A DNA stretch of 17,587 nucleotides from a virus (lineage: Duplodnaviria; Heunggongvirae; Uroviricota; Caudoviricetes). The stretch lies in the IMG/VR virus record IMGVR_UViG_2660238360_000004; one strand, written 5' to 3'. Made by a program: the position numbers and the translations under genes. The notes beneath the pieces are model-generated. The model worked only from the letters and a program-made list of their open reading frames with translations, made no database searches and was not told the origin of the DNA. Below are positions 1-8,395 of the stretch, in pieces (the stretch's first letter is position 1; each line of letters begins with the position of its first letter).

Positions 1-174
1 TCAGAAAAAGATGATATTGAATCGCCCATTGAAAAACTGGAGGGCAGCGTCGCTGATCTGAATAAAAAATTGTCGGTGCTGATTCCTTCTGAAGATGAAA
101 AAAAACGCCGCGATGAGCAGTTTGCGGCGTTTTACGATTATTGCATTGAAGTTACTCTCGCAGGAATTTTGTGA
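1..174 (+). CDS. Hypothetical protein, C-terminal fragment (gene begins upstream of the window)
   Basis: Frame 1 is open from the window edge to TGA at 172-174, reading ...SEKDDIESPIEKLEGSVADLNKKLSVLIPSEDEKKRRDEQFAAFYDYCIEVTLAGIL. Codons are typical enterobacterial choices (CTG, GAA, AAA, GCG, CGC). Absent from the ORF track because it is under 60 aa. It competes with the antisense 137-aa ORF 1..414. Confidence 0.35.
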   Translation, partial: SEKDDIESPIEKLEGSVADLNKKLSVLIPSEDEKKRRDEQFAAFYDYCIEVTLAGIL

Positions 175-527
175 AGATTTTTGAGGAGGGTAAATCTCTT
201 CAGTAAGCTTAATGGCGGACGCTGCAATTAATTCAGGAAGGTCCGCAAGGTCATCTGTCAGTGGATATGATGAAAAATCGGCGGCAGTTCTGTTAAGAAG
301 CGCTTTAACTAATTCCTTTTCCTTCTCCGGCAACAAGTTGATTAGAGCTACGACTGCTTGCCTGAGTGCGATTAAATCAGCAAAAGTTTGTTTAGGTAGA
401 TTTGTGTAATCCATAGTCGCCTCTGTGTTTATCAGATTGACATCCTCCTCCCGCCAGTGCCCATCACTGGTGAGGTAAGATTTAACATATCCGGGGATTT
501 GAAGCCGATAAATCCTGATAAATATCC

Positions 528-1555
<1,028 letters not shown>

Positions 1556-1738
1556 ATTAATATTAAATCGGATTATTTTTAGCGCTGAATGTGAAATTTA
1601 AATAAAAAGGACTCTTCCATGAGTCAAAATCCTTGAAATCTTAAGGGTAAGATAAAAGGTCATTAGACAGAATGACACGTTTTATTAATAAATAAAGCTA
1701 TTGTTTCATTCGTGTGTTTTTCTTTACAAAAGTAATCC

Positions 1739-1915
1739 TTGCTATGGTTGGTTAATCATGCGTTAATGGTGTTCTGGTTTGTTACAAAATTATCTGAAGC
1801 AGTCATTGTTATAATTTTATTATTTGTACCTCTTGAGATTTCCTTGTTGGTTTTTCTCTCTGATATTTTTTTTCGGACCATTCTGCCCAAGGGCTAACTT
1901 CTTCAAAAGGTAATA
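1739..1915 (+). promoter_or_regulatory. Putative promoter and long 5' leader of the cold-shock gene
   Basis: AT-rich 360-bp intergenic region. Candidate -35 TTGCTA at 1739-1744 and -10 TTAATG about 18 bp downstream. That would give a leader of roughly 150 nt ending AAAGGTAATAATG, like the long cspA-family leaders. No transcription start data, so this is inference. Confidence 0.3.
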
Positions 1916-2131
1916 ATGATGTCTAACAAAATGACTGGTTTAGTGAAATGGTTTAACCCTGAAAAAGGTTTTGGTTTCATCACGCCGAAAGATGGTAGCA
2001 AAGATGTGTTTGTCCATTTCTCAGCTATTCAGAGCAACGATTTCAAAACGTTAACTGAGAATCAGGAAGTCGAATTTGGTATTGAGAACGGACCTAAAGG
2101 CCCCGCGGCTGTTCATGTTGTGGCACTTTGA
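1916..2131 (+). CDS. cspI: CspA-family cold-shock protein (start may be the second ATG at 1919)
   Basis: [38 protein letters not shown]... contains the RNP1-like KGFGFI and RNP2-like VFVHF motifs of the cold-shock domain. Family assignment is secure. The cspI symbol rests on the position just after the Rz-like gene as in Qin, and on recalled sequence. Confidence 0.88.
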   Translation: MMSNKMTGLVKWFNPEKGFGFITPKDGSKDVFVHFSAIQSNDFKTLTENQEVEFGIENGPKGPAAVHVVAL

Positions 2132-2330
2132 GGTAGAAAATATTACAAACCATATTCACTTTAGATGCCCGTGTTGCCATGGTTCTCAGTATAGAACATC
2201 ATCTTTTGATGTTTCTGACAGGAATCCTTTCGGGGCAAAATGTATCTTTTGTAAATCAATGATGATTACATTTGATAATATTTCACAATACTTAAATGTT
2301 AGCCGTCTATCGTTAGATTTAAGAAAGTGA
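2115..2330 (+). CDS. Hypothetical small zinc-ribbon protein (CxxC...CxxC), start uncertain
   Basis: ORF 2076..2330 with the first plausible ATG at 2115, overlapping the csp stop. Contains CPCC-x20-CIFC. Many rare codons (AGA, AGG, CTA). Followed directly by an intrinsic terminator. Confidence 0.3.
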   Translation: MLWHFEVENITNHIHFRCPCCHGSQYRTSSFDVSDRNPFGAKCIFCKSMMITFDNISQYLNVSRLSLDLRK

Positions 2331-2334
2331 AAAT

Positions 2335-2360
2335 GAAGGCTCCTTCGGGAGCTTTTTTGC
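2335..2360 (+). terminator. Rho-independent terminator downstream of the csp and zinc-ribbon ORFs
   Basis: GC-rich hairpin AAGGCTCC-TTCG-GGAGCTT followed by a T-run (TTTTTT), a few nt after the stop at 2330. Confidence 0.6.
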
Positions 2361-2442
2361 TTAGTGTCTAGTCGATGGATACTCACATATTACGGTAACA
2401 TTATGAAAAAAAATAATAGTTTTTTTTAACTCTGAACCAGCA

Positions 2443-2634
2443 ATGGTAGTGCCAGTGATGACCGGAGTTAACACCATCATGCGTGAATATCCAAATGGCG
2501 AAACAACACACCTCACTGTAATGGCTGCAGGGTTTCCATCTCTGACCGGAGATCATAAAGTCATTTATGTAGCAGCGGATCGACATGTAACTTCAGAAGA
2601 AATTCTGGAAGCAGCAATGAGACTCTTGAATTGA
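2443..2634 (+). CDS. Small hypothetical prophage protein, possibly YnfN/YmcE-like (likely start at 2479, giving 51 aa)
   Basis: ORF ending at 2634; an internal ATG at 2479 gives MREYPNGETTHLTVMAAGFPSLTGDHKVIYVAADRHVTSEEILEAAMRLLN. Sits between the csp gene and the GnsB-like gene, the position ynfN occupies in Qin. The family name is from synteny and length only. Confidence 0.4.
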   Translation: MVVPVMTGVNTIMREYPNGETTHLTVMAAGFPSLTGDHKVIYVAADRHVTSEEILEAAMRLLN

Positions 2635-2751
2635 TTTGATTCTAATGCATTGATAATAAATGATAATCATCTTTATCTGTTTGTGTGAAATTTAGACCGT
2701 CGTATGTTGATTATTGCGATGTTTCATCTTATCTTTTATACGTTTGCTCCA

Positions 2752-2757
2752 TATAAT
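2752..2757 (+). promoter_or_regulatory. Candidate -10 hexamer (TATAAT) for the GnsB-like gene
   Basis: Perfect TATAAT about 50 nt upstream of the GnsB-like start. The -35 match is weak (TTATCT at about 2729-2734). Confidence 0.25.
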
Positions 2758-2806
2758 TGACACTACTGTGTACCAGGAAAGTCATAACAGACTAAAAGAG
2801 GAAATG

Positions 2807-2980
2807 ATGAACATTGAAGAGTTAAAAACAAAAACAGAAGCAGATATTTCTGAATATATAACAAAAAAAATCATTGAGCTTAAGAAAAAGACCGGGAAAG
2901 AAGTTACCAGTATCCAGTTTACTGCACGGGAAAAAATGACTGGTCTTGAAAGCTATGATATCAAGATTGATTTAATCTAG
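2807..2980 (+). CDS. gnsB: GnsA/GnsB-family protein
   Basis: MNIEELKTKTEADISEYITKKIIELKKKTGKEVTSIQFTAREKMTGLESYDIKIDLI is collinear with recalled E. coli GnsB (MNIEELKKQAETEIADFIAQKIAELNKNTGKEVSEIRFTAREKMTGLESYDVKIKIM). AAGAGG Shine-Dalgarno 6 nt upstream. The N-terminal extension in the track (from 2714) covers the promoter region and is probably not coding. Confidence 0.85.
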   Translation: MNIEELKTKTEADISEYITKKIIELKKKTGKEVTSIQFTAREKMTGLESYDIKIDLI

Positions 2981-3040
2981 TCTGTTTAGTATTAGCATCA
3001 ATTTCTCATCAGATGCTATTCAACAATACAAATTACCCAT

Positions 3041-3070
3041 AAACCTCGTTTTTACGGGGTTTTGTTATAT
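3041..3070 (+). terminator. Possible intrinsic terminator after the GnsB-like gene
   Basis: Imperfect hairpin AAACCTCG-TTTTTA-CGGGGTTT (one G-U pair) followed by a T-rich tract (TTGTTATATTT). Confidence 0.35.
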
Positions 3071-3273
3071 TTAAACATTACCGAATAGGTATAAATCTCG
3101 ATTGTCGATGGTATTGGTTGTGTGACAATACCTAGTCTTTCCGGTATGCCTGAAGAGAATACAAACGACAGATTATGTAAGGGAAACGCGCTGAATCTTT
3201 AACTCTTTCATGCTGAGTGATTTGACGTTATATTTTTAGCCGTAAGTGAAGAGCAAACGCATGGAGCGACAAA

Positions 3274-3480
3274 ATGCATAAAGATCAATACACTGATGCC
3301 CCCTCCCAGGAGCAGGTTCGTGTAAAAACTATGCTTAATAGCACCATTTCGATGGGTTACCCGGATGTTGTAATTGCATGTATAGAACATCAAGTGTCTC
3401 TGGAAGCATTCAGGGCAATTGAGGCCGCGTTAGTAAAGCACGATAAGAATACGAAGGATTATTCCCTGGTGGTTGACTGA
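3274..3480 (+). CDS. Hypothetical 68-aa prophage moron protein
   Basis: ATG preceded by GGAG 7 nt upstream. Translation [68 protein letters not shown]. No family recognised by eye. Confidence 0.45.
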   Translation: MHKDQYTDAPSQEQVRVKTMLNSTISMGYPDVVIACIEHQVSLEAFRAIEAALVKHDKNTKDYSLVVD

Positions 3481-3812
3481 TCACCATAACTGCTAACCAT
3501 TCTGACCATTTCACAAGTGACAGAGTCAATATCGTATTCTGTCACTGTCAGGCTAATACAGCAATGCAATTCAACTACAGCAATGCCTCGTATTTAGGTG
3601 AATTTACAATATCGTCCAGTTCGGATGCCGGCTGCATTTCTGAAGATAAGGCATTTCGGTTCTCGTATTTTCCCCTCATGCTCGTCAGTCCTGCGCGTAG
3701 TAAGAAACAGGACACTCACACTAATTTGTGTGGGCATGCTGTGATGTCCTTCTGAATTATCCCCATGCCATTATGTAAAGCTCTGTTTCAGATGCTCGTC
3801 ACGGTTGTCAGG

Positions 3813-3890
3813 CTGTCGGGTCCTCCCAGTGGGGGTCCCTGCCACGGGGCGGGAGCGTCGCGGAAAAAGGCTAGTTTTTGCATTTCCATG
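3813..3890. other. cos site (cohesive-end packaging site); putative cosN 12-nt region at 3847-3858
   Basis: CGGGTCCTCCCAGTGGGGGTCCCTGCCACG-GGGCGGGAGCGT-CGCGGAAAAAGGCTAGTTTTTGCATTTCC is collinear with the lambda cos junction as recalled (...ACGGGTCCTTTCCGGTGATCCGACAGGTTACG-GGGCGGCGACCT-CGCGGGTTTTCGCTATTTATGAAAATTTTCC). It lies about 190 bp upstream of the small terminase gene, as in lambda, and is followed by an AT-rich cosB-like segment. Confidence 0.6.
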
Positions 3891-4030
3891 GCGGCGGCAG
3901 CATGTTTGGTAATTTATTGATAATTAAAAGTTATTTCTCTTTTCAGCTGTACAATATTTTTTTCTCCCTGTCATTAGACTAGTTTGCAATTAATTGAAAT
4001 ATATAAATAAACCTGATTTTCACCTGCCAG

Positions 4031-4570
4031 ATGGAGTTGCTTATGTCAAATGTGAGCGGGATCGGTGATGCTTATTACTGGAGTGTTTTTAAAATCGCCG
4101 AGGCCTTTGGGCTTCACTGGGACACAGTAAAAAAACGGCTCCTCGCGGCCAACACTCCTGTGGCTGCGACTGTCAGGGGGAACCCCGTTTACGCCCTGCA
4201 GCATGTCGGGCCTGCCCTGTTTAGTGTGAAGCATGAGGCAGCAGACTCTGTTCATGATCCATCCCGTATGGAGCCGAAAGAGAGAAAGGACTGGTACCAG
4301 TCGGAAAATGAAAGGATCAAGCTGGAAAAGGAGCAGCGAAAACTCATCCCCGTTGATGAAGTAGTCATCGTCTATTCGTCCATGAGAAAGGCTGTCGTCC
4401 AGGTTCTGGAGACAATTCCGGATGTTCTTGAACGCGATTGCGCCCTGACTCCTCAGGCCGTTGGCGTTGTACAGCAGGCCATTGATGACCTGCGATACAC
4501 TCTTCAGGAAAAATCCTACGAGGCTTGTGCTGCTGAATTAATTCCTGATGAGGAAGGAGAGAGTCTCTAG
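4031..4570 (+). CDS. Terminase small subunit (Nu1-like DNA-packaging protein); alternative start at 4043
   Basis: Immediately upstream of the large terminase and downstream of cos. N-terminal helix-turn-helix-like segment (KIAEAFGLHWDTVKKRL) and a charged helical middle part (ENERIKLEKEQRKL), loosely collinear with lambda Nu1. Confidence 0.75.
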   Translation: MELLMSNVSGIGDAYYWSVFKIAEAFGLHWDTVKKRLLAANTPVAATVRGNPVYALQHVGPALFSVKHEAADSVHDPSRMEPKERKDWYQSENERIKLEKEQRKLIPVDEVVIVYSSMRKAVVQVLETIPDVLERDCALTPQAVGVVQQAIDDLRYTLQEKSYEACAAELIPDEEGESL

Positions 4571-4578
4571 GAGGAATA

Positions 4579-6678
4579 ATGGGTTTTTCATCAGCCCGAA
4601 ATTTGGGAAGGGACATATCGGCAGGATTTTCCCCACCACGTCGCATGCCGATTTCGGAGGCTGTTAAAAAATTCATGCGTGTTCCCAAGGGGGCTGGTAA
4701 CTCGGTGCCATGGGATCCTGAACTGACACCCTACATCATTGAGCCCATGAACTGCCTGGCATCGCGTGAATACGATGCGGTGATTTTTGTTGGTCCTGCG
4801 CGAACAGGGAAGACCATTGGTCTGATCGATGGATGGATTGTCTATACCATCGTTTGCGATCCTTCGGACATGCTCGTTGTGCAGATGACCGAAGATAAGG
4901 CCCGCGAGCATTCAAAAAAGCGCCTCGACAGAACGTTCAGAAGCAGTGCGGCGGTAAAGAAAAGAATGAGTCCACGTCGTAATGACAATAATGTCCATGA
5001 TAAGACGTTCAGGGATGGCTCGTTCCTTAAAATTGGTTGGCCCTCGGTCAACATTATGTCGTCGTCGGATTACCGGTTTGTCGCCTTAACCGATTACGAC
5101 CGTTTTCCGGAGAATATCGACAGCGAGGGTGATGGTTTCTCCCTGGCCTCAAAACGTACCACCACATTTATGTCCGCCGGGATGACTCTGGTGGAGAGCT
5201 CGCCGGGACGTGACATCTGCGACAGCAAATGGCGACGTAAGTCGCCTCATGAAGCGCCACCGACGACTGGTATTCTTTCCCTTTACAATCGTGGTGACCG
5301 CCGCCGCTGGTACTGGCCATGTCCGCACTGCGGTGAATATTTTCAGCCAGCCATGGATGCCATGACCGGCTACCGTAATGAACCGGATCCCTTTAAAGCC
5401 AGTGAGGCGGCGTATCTACTTTGCCCGCACTGCAGCGGCATTATCACGGCGGAGAAAAAGCGTGAGCTCAATAGTGCAGGAGTCTGGTTGCGTGAAGGTC
5501 AGGTCATTGATTGTAACGGCAACGTTTCCGGTGAACCGCGCCGCTCCCGTATCGCCAGTTTCTGGATGGAAGGGCCAGCTGCTGCGTATCAGACCTGGGC
5601 GCAACTGGTTTACAAATTACTGACTGCAGAACAGGAGTATGAAGCGACAGGAAGTGAAGAAACACTCAGGGCGGTTATCAACACCGACTGGGGATTACCT
5701 TATCTTCCCCGCGCCAGCATGGAGCAACGAAAAAGTGAACTGCTTGAGCAGCGGGCAGAGCCAGTTCCTTCCCGCAGTGTGCCGGATGGCGTTAATTTTC
5801 TTGTGGCGACAGTGGATGTGCAGGCGGGACGTCATCGCCGTTTTGTGGTTCAGGTAACGGGCTATGGCAGCCGTGGCGAACGCTGGATTATTGATCGTTA
5901 CAACATCACGCAGTCATTGCGCGGTGACAGCGACGGGGAGAGCCAGCGAATTGATCCGGCCAGCTATCCGGAAGACTGGGATGTCCTGCTGACGGATGTT
6001 TTTCATAAAAGCTGGCCGCTGGCCTCCGATCCTTCTCAACAAATGCGACTGATGGCAATGGCGGTGGACTCCGGCGGTGAAGACGGGGTCACTGATAATG
6101 CCTATAAATTCTGGCGTCGTTGCCGTCGTGATGGCCTTGGTAAACGTATTTACCTGTTTAAGGGCGACAGCATCCGGCGCGCAAAACTGATCACCCGTAC
6201 ATTCCCTGATAACACCGGACGAACGGGCCGACGGGCGCAGGCCGCAGGTGATGTGCCGCTCTGGCTTCTTCAGACGGATGCACTGAAAGACCGGGTGAAT
6301 AACGCGTTATGGCGTGACTCGCCAGGTCCCGGCTATGTGCATTTCCCTGACTGGCTGGGGAGCTGGTTTTACGACGAACTGACGTATGAAGAGCGGAGCA
6401 GTGACGGGAAATGGAGTAAGCCGGGTCGCGGTGCCAACGAAGCTTTTGACCTGATGGTGTATGCCGAGGCTCTGGTCATTCTGCATGGATACGAAAAGAT
6501 CCGCTGGCCGGATGCACCGGAGTGGGCGAGCCGGGAAACCTGGCTGGAGTGTGTCCCGGACAGTACCGAACCGTCATCCTCACCGGAACCGGTATCCACG
6601 CCTGTTAAAAAACAAAAACGGAAGAAAACAGTAACTGACGATGTTAACCCCTGGCTGACTTCCGGAGGATGGTTATGA
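4579..6678 (+). CDS. Terminase large subunit, lambda gpA family
   Basis: 699 aa with AGGAGG Shine-Dalgarno. Walker A-like VGPARTGKT. Collinear with recalled lambda gpA, including the CPHCGE motif (WYWPCPHCGEYF) and the C-terminal EAFDLMVYAEAL (lambda EALDCFVYALAAL). Confidence 0.95.
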   Translation: MGFSSARNLGRDISAGFSPPRRMPISEAVKKFMRVPKGAGNSVPWDPELTPYIIEPMNCLASREYDAVIFVGPARTGKTIGLIDGWIVYTIVCDPSDMLVVQMTEDKAREHSKKRLDRTFRSSAAVKKRMSPRRNDNNVHDKTFRDGSFLKIGWPSVNIMSSSDYRFVALTDYDRFPENIDSEGDGFSLASKRTTTFMSAGMTLVESSPGRDICDSKWRRKSPHEAPPTTGILSLYNRGDRRRWYWPCPHCGEYFQPAMDAMTGYRNEPDPFKASEAAYLLCPHCSGIITAEKKRELNSAGVWLREGQVIDCNGNVSGEPRRSRIASFWMEGPAAAYQTWAQLVYKLLTAEQEYEATGSEETLRAVINTDWGLPYLPRASMEQRKSELLEQRAEPVPSRSVPDGVNFLVATVDVQAGRHRRFVVQVTGYGSRGERWIIDRYNITQSLRGDSDGESQRIDPASYPEDWDVLLTDVFHKSWPLASDPSQQMRLMAMAVDSGGEDGVTDNAYKFWRRCRRDGLGKRIYLFKGDSIRRAKLITRTFPDNTGRTGRRAQAAGDVPLWLLQTDALKDRVNNALWRDSPGPGYVHFPDWLGSWFYDELTYEERSSDGKWSKPGRGANEAFDLMVYAEALVILHGYEKIRWPDAPEWASRETWLECVPDSTEPSSSPEPVSTPVKKQKRKKTVTDDVNPWLTSGGWL

Positions 6679-6887
6679 ACCAGAATGATATCGAAGCCAT
6701 GATTCAGCGTTATACGGAAGCTGAAATGGCGGTGCTGGACGGAAAATCCGTCACCTTTAATGGTCAGCAGATGACCATGGAAAACTTATCTGAGATCCGG
6801 CAGGGACGGCAGGAGTGGGAGCGCCGCCTTGCGGCTCTGATTACACGACGACGGGGGCATCCCGGGTATCGGCTGGCGAGGTTCTGA
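6675..6887 (+). CDS. gpW-like head-tail joining protein
   Basis: About 70 aa. The ATG at 6675 overlaps the terminase stop (ATGA). Ends ...RRRGHPGY, like lambda gpW (...QRRRGPAGF). Position between terminase and portal as in lambda. Confidence 0.8.
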   Translation: MNQNDIEAMIQRYTEAEMAVLDGKSVTFNGQQMTMENLSEIRQGRQEWERRLAALITRRRGHPGYRLARF

Positions 6888-8395
6888 TGGCAATTCTTGA
6901 TGATGTGATTGGCGTTTTTTCACCAGGATGGAAAGCGGCAAGGCTGCGTTCCCGTGCGGTGATCCAGGCTTATGAGGCCGTAAAAACGACGCGGACACAC
7001 AAAGCCCGACGGGAGAACCGAACTGCCGACCAGTTAAGCCAGTACGGGGCCGTGTCGTTACGTGAGCAGGCCCGTTACCTTGATAACAACCACGATCTGG
7101 TTATTGGTGTATTTGACAAGCTGGAAGAACGGGTGGTGGGGAAAAACGGGATTATTGTCGAGCCACATCCGGTATTACGCAATGGGGCCATTGCCCGTGA
7201 CCTGGCTGCGGAGATTCGCACCCGATGGAGTGAATGGTCTGTCAGCCCGGAAGTCACCGGGCAGTTTACCCGTCCGATGCTGGAACGTCTGATGCTTCGT
7301 ACCTGGCTGCGCGATGGTGAGGTGTTTGCCCAGATGGTTTCCGGGCGCATAAACAGCCTGACGCCTTCTGCCGGTGTTCATTTCTGGCTGGAGGCGCTCG
7401 AGCCGGACTTTATTCCCATGACCAGTGATGAGAGCAACAGGCTGAATCAGGGCGTGTTTGTTGATGACTGGGGGCGTCCCGAAAAATATCTGGTGTATAA
7501 AAGCCGTCCCGTATCCGGACGGCAGATGGAAACCAAAGAAGTGGATGCAGAGCGAATGCTGCATCTTAAATTTGTTCGCCGTCTGCACCAGATGCGCGGG
7601 ACGTCTTTATTGTCCGGTGTGCTGATCCGCCTCAGTGCTCTGAAAGAGTATGAAGATTCTGAGCTGACTGCAGCAAGGATCGCCGCTGCTCTGGGGATGT
7701 ACATCCGGAAAGGCGACGGGCAGAGCTATGAAGCGGATGGTAATGGCAGCAAGGATAAGGAACGCGAGCTTACCATTCAGCCAGGCATTATTTACGATGA
7801 TCTGAAACCCGGCGAAGAAATCGGAATGGTGAAGTCGGATCGCCCCAATCCTAACCTTGAAACTTTTCGTAATGGTCAGTTGCGTGCCGTGGCGGCGGGC
7901 AGTCGTCTGAGTTTTTCCAGTACAGCGCGCAACTATAACGGCACTTACAGCGCCCAGCGTCAGGAGCTGGTTGAATCCACTGATGGCTACCTGATCCTGC
8001 AGGACTGGTTTATTGGTGCCGTCACCCGTCCGATGTATCGTGCCTGGCTGAAACAGGCTGTGGCATCCGGTGTTATCAGGCTACCCCGCGATCTTGACCG
8101 TTCTTCACTGTATACCGCGGTGTATTCCGGACCGGTGATGCCGTGGATTGACCCTGTTAAGGAGGCTGAGGCCTGGAAAATCCAGATTCGTGGTGGAGCG
8201 GCGACAGAATCAGACTGGGTACGTGCTGGTGGTCGTAATCCGGATGATGTCAAACGTCGGCGCAAGGCCGAAATTGATGAAAACCGCAAGCTGGATCTGG
8301 TATTTGATACCGATCCGGCCAGTGATAAAGGAGGCAGCAGTGCCGCAACGAAACGACATGAGCCGCAGCACACCGACGACCAGTCCGAAGAATAA
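6887..8395 (+). CDS. Portal protein, lambda gpB family
   Basis: ATG at 6887 overlaps the gpW-like stop (TGATG), with GGCGAGG upstream. The C-terminal half (SRLSFSSTARNYNGTYSAQRQE...YRAWLKQAV) is collinear with recalled lambda gpB (SVFEQSLLRYIAAGLGVSYEQLSRNYAQMSYSTARAS). The track ORF from 6815 is a read-through extension of this frame. Confidence 0.9.
   Translation: MAILDDVIGVFSPGWKAARLRSRAVIQAYEAVKTTRTHKARRENRTADQLSQYGAVSLREQARYLDNNHDLVIGVFDKLEERVVGKNGIIVEPHPVLRNGAIARDLAAEIRTRWSEWSVSPEVTGQFTRPMLERLMLRTWLRDGEVFAQMVSGRINSLTPSAGVHFWLEALEPDFIPMTSDESNRLNQGVFVDDWGRPEKYLVYKSRPVSGRQMETKEVDAERMLHLKFVRRLHQMRGTSLLSGVLIRLSALKEYEDSELTAARIAAALGMYIRKGDGQSYEADGNGSKDKERELTIQPGIIYDDLKPGEEIGMVKSDRPNPNLETFRNGQLRAVAAGSRLSFSSTARNYNGTYSAQRQELVESTDGYLILQDWFIGAVTRPMYRAWLKQAVASGVIRLPRDLDRSSLYTAVYSGPVMPWIDPVKEAEAWKIQIRGGAATESDWVRAGGRNPDDVKRRRKAEIDENRKLDLVFDTDPASDKGGSSAATKRHEPQHTDDQSEE

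Noticed and set aside
212-409. + strand ORF of 65 aa (MADAAINSGRSARSS...) in the lysozyme upstream region
   Set aside because: Ser/Ala-rich low-complexity translation, no ribosome-binding site, no transmembrane segment so not a holin. It lies antisense to the more protein-like minus-strand reading.
1-414. Minus-strand 137-aa ORF running off the window edge
   Set aside because: Not annotated as a feature because its distal 55 codons are exactly antisense to a + strand ORF with better codon usage and translate to an implausible sequence. The first 80 codons could still be real, so it is kept as a finding.
2186-2586. Minus-strand ORFs 2186..2386 and 2401..2586
   Set aside because: They run through the csp terminator hairpin and antisense to the small + strand ORFs. 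AT-rich sequence produces open frames by chance, and neither has start signals.
3564-3755. + strand 63-aa ORF (MQFNYSNASYLGEF...)
   Set aside because: No Shine-Dalgarno, low-complexity Ser-rich translation, and it spans two inverted repeats. More likely non-coding cos-proximal sequence.
4046-5054. Minus-strand ORFs of 69 to 107 aa inside the terminase genes
   Set aside because: Antisense to strongly supported terminase genes. Typical GC-rich shadow ORFs.
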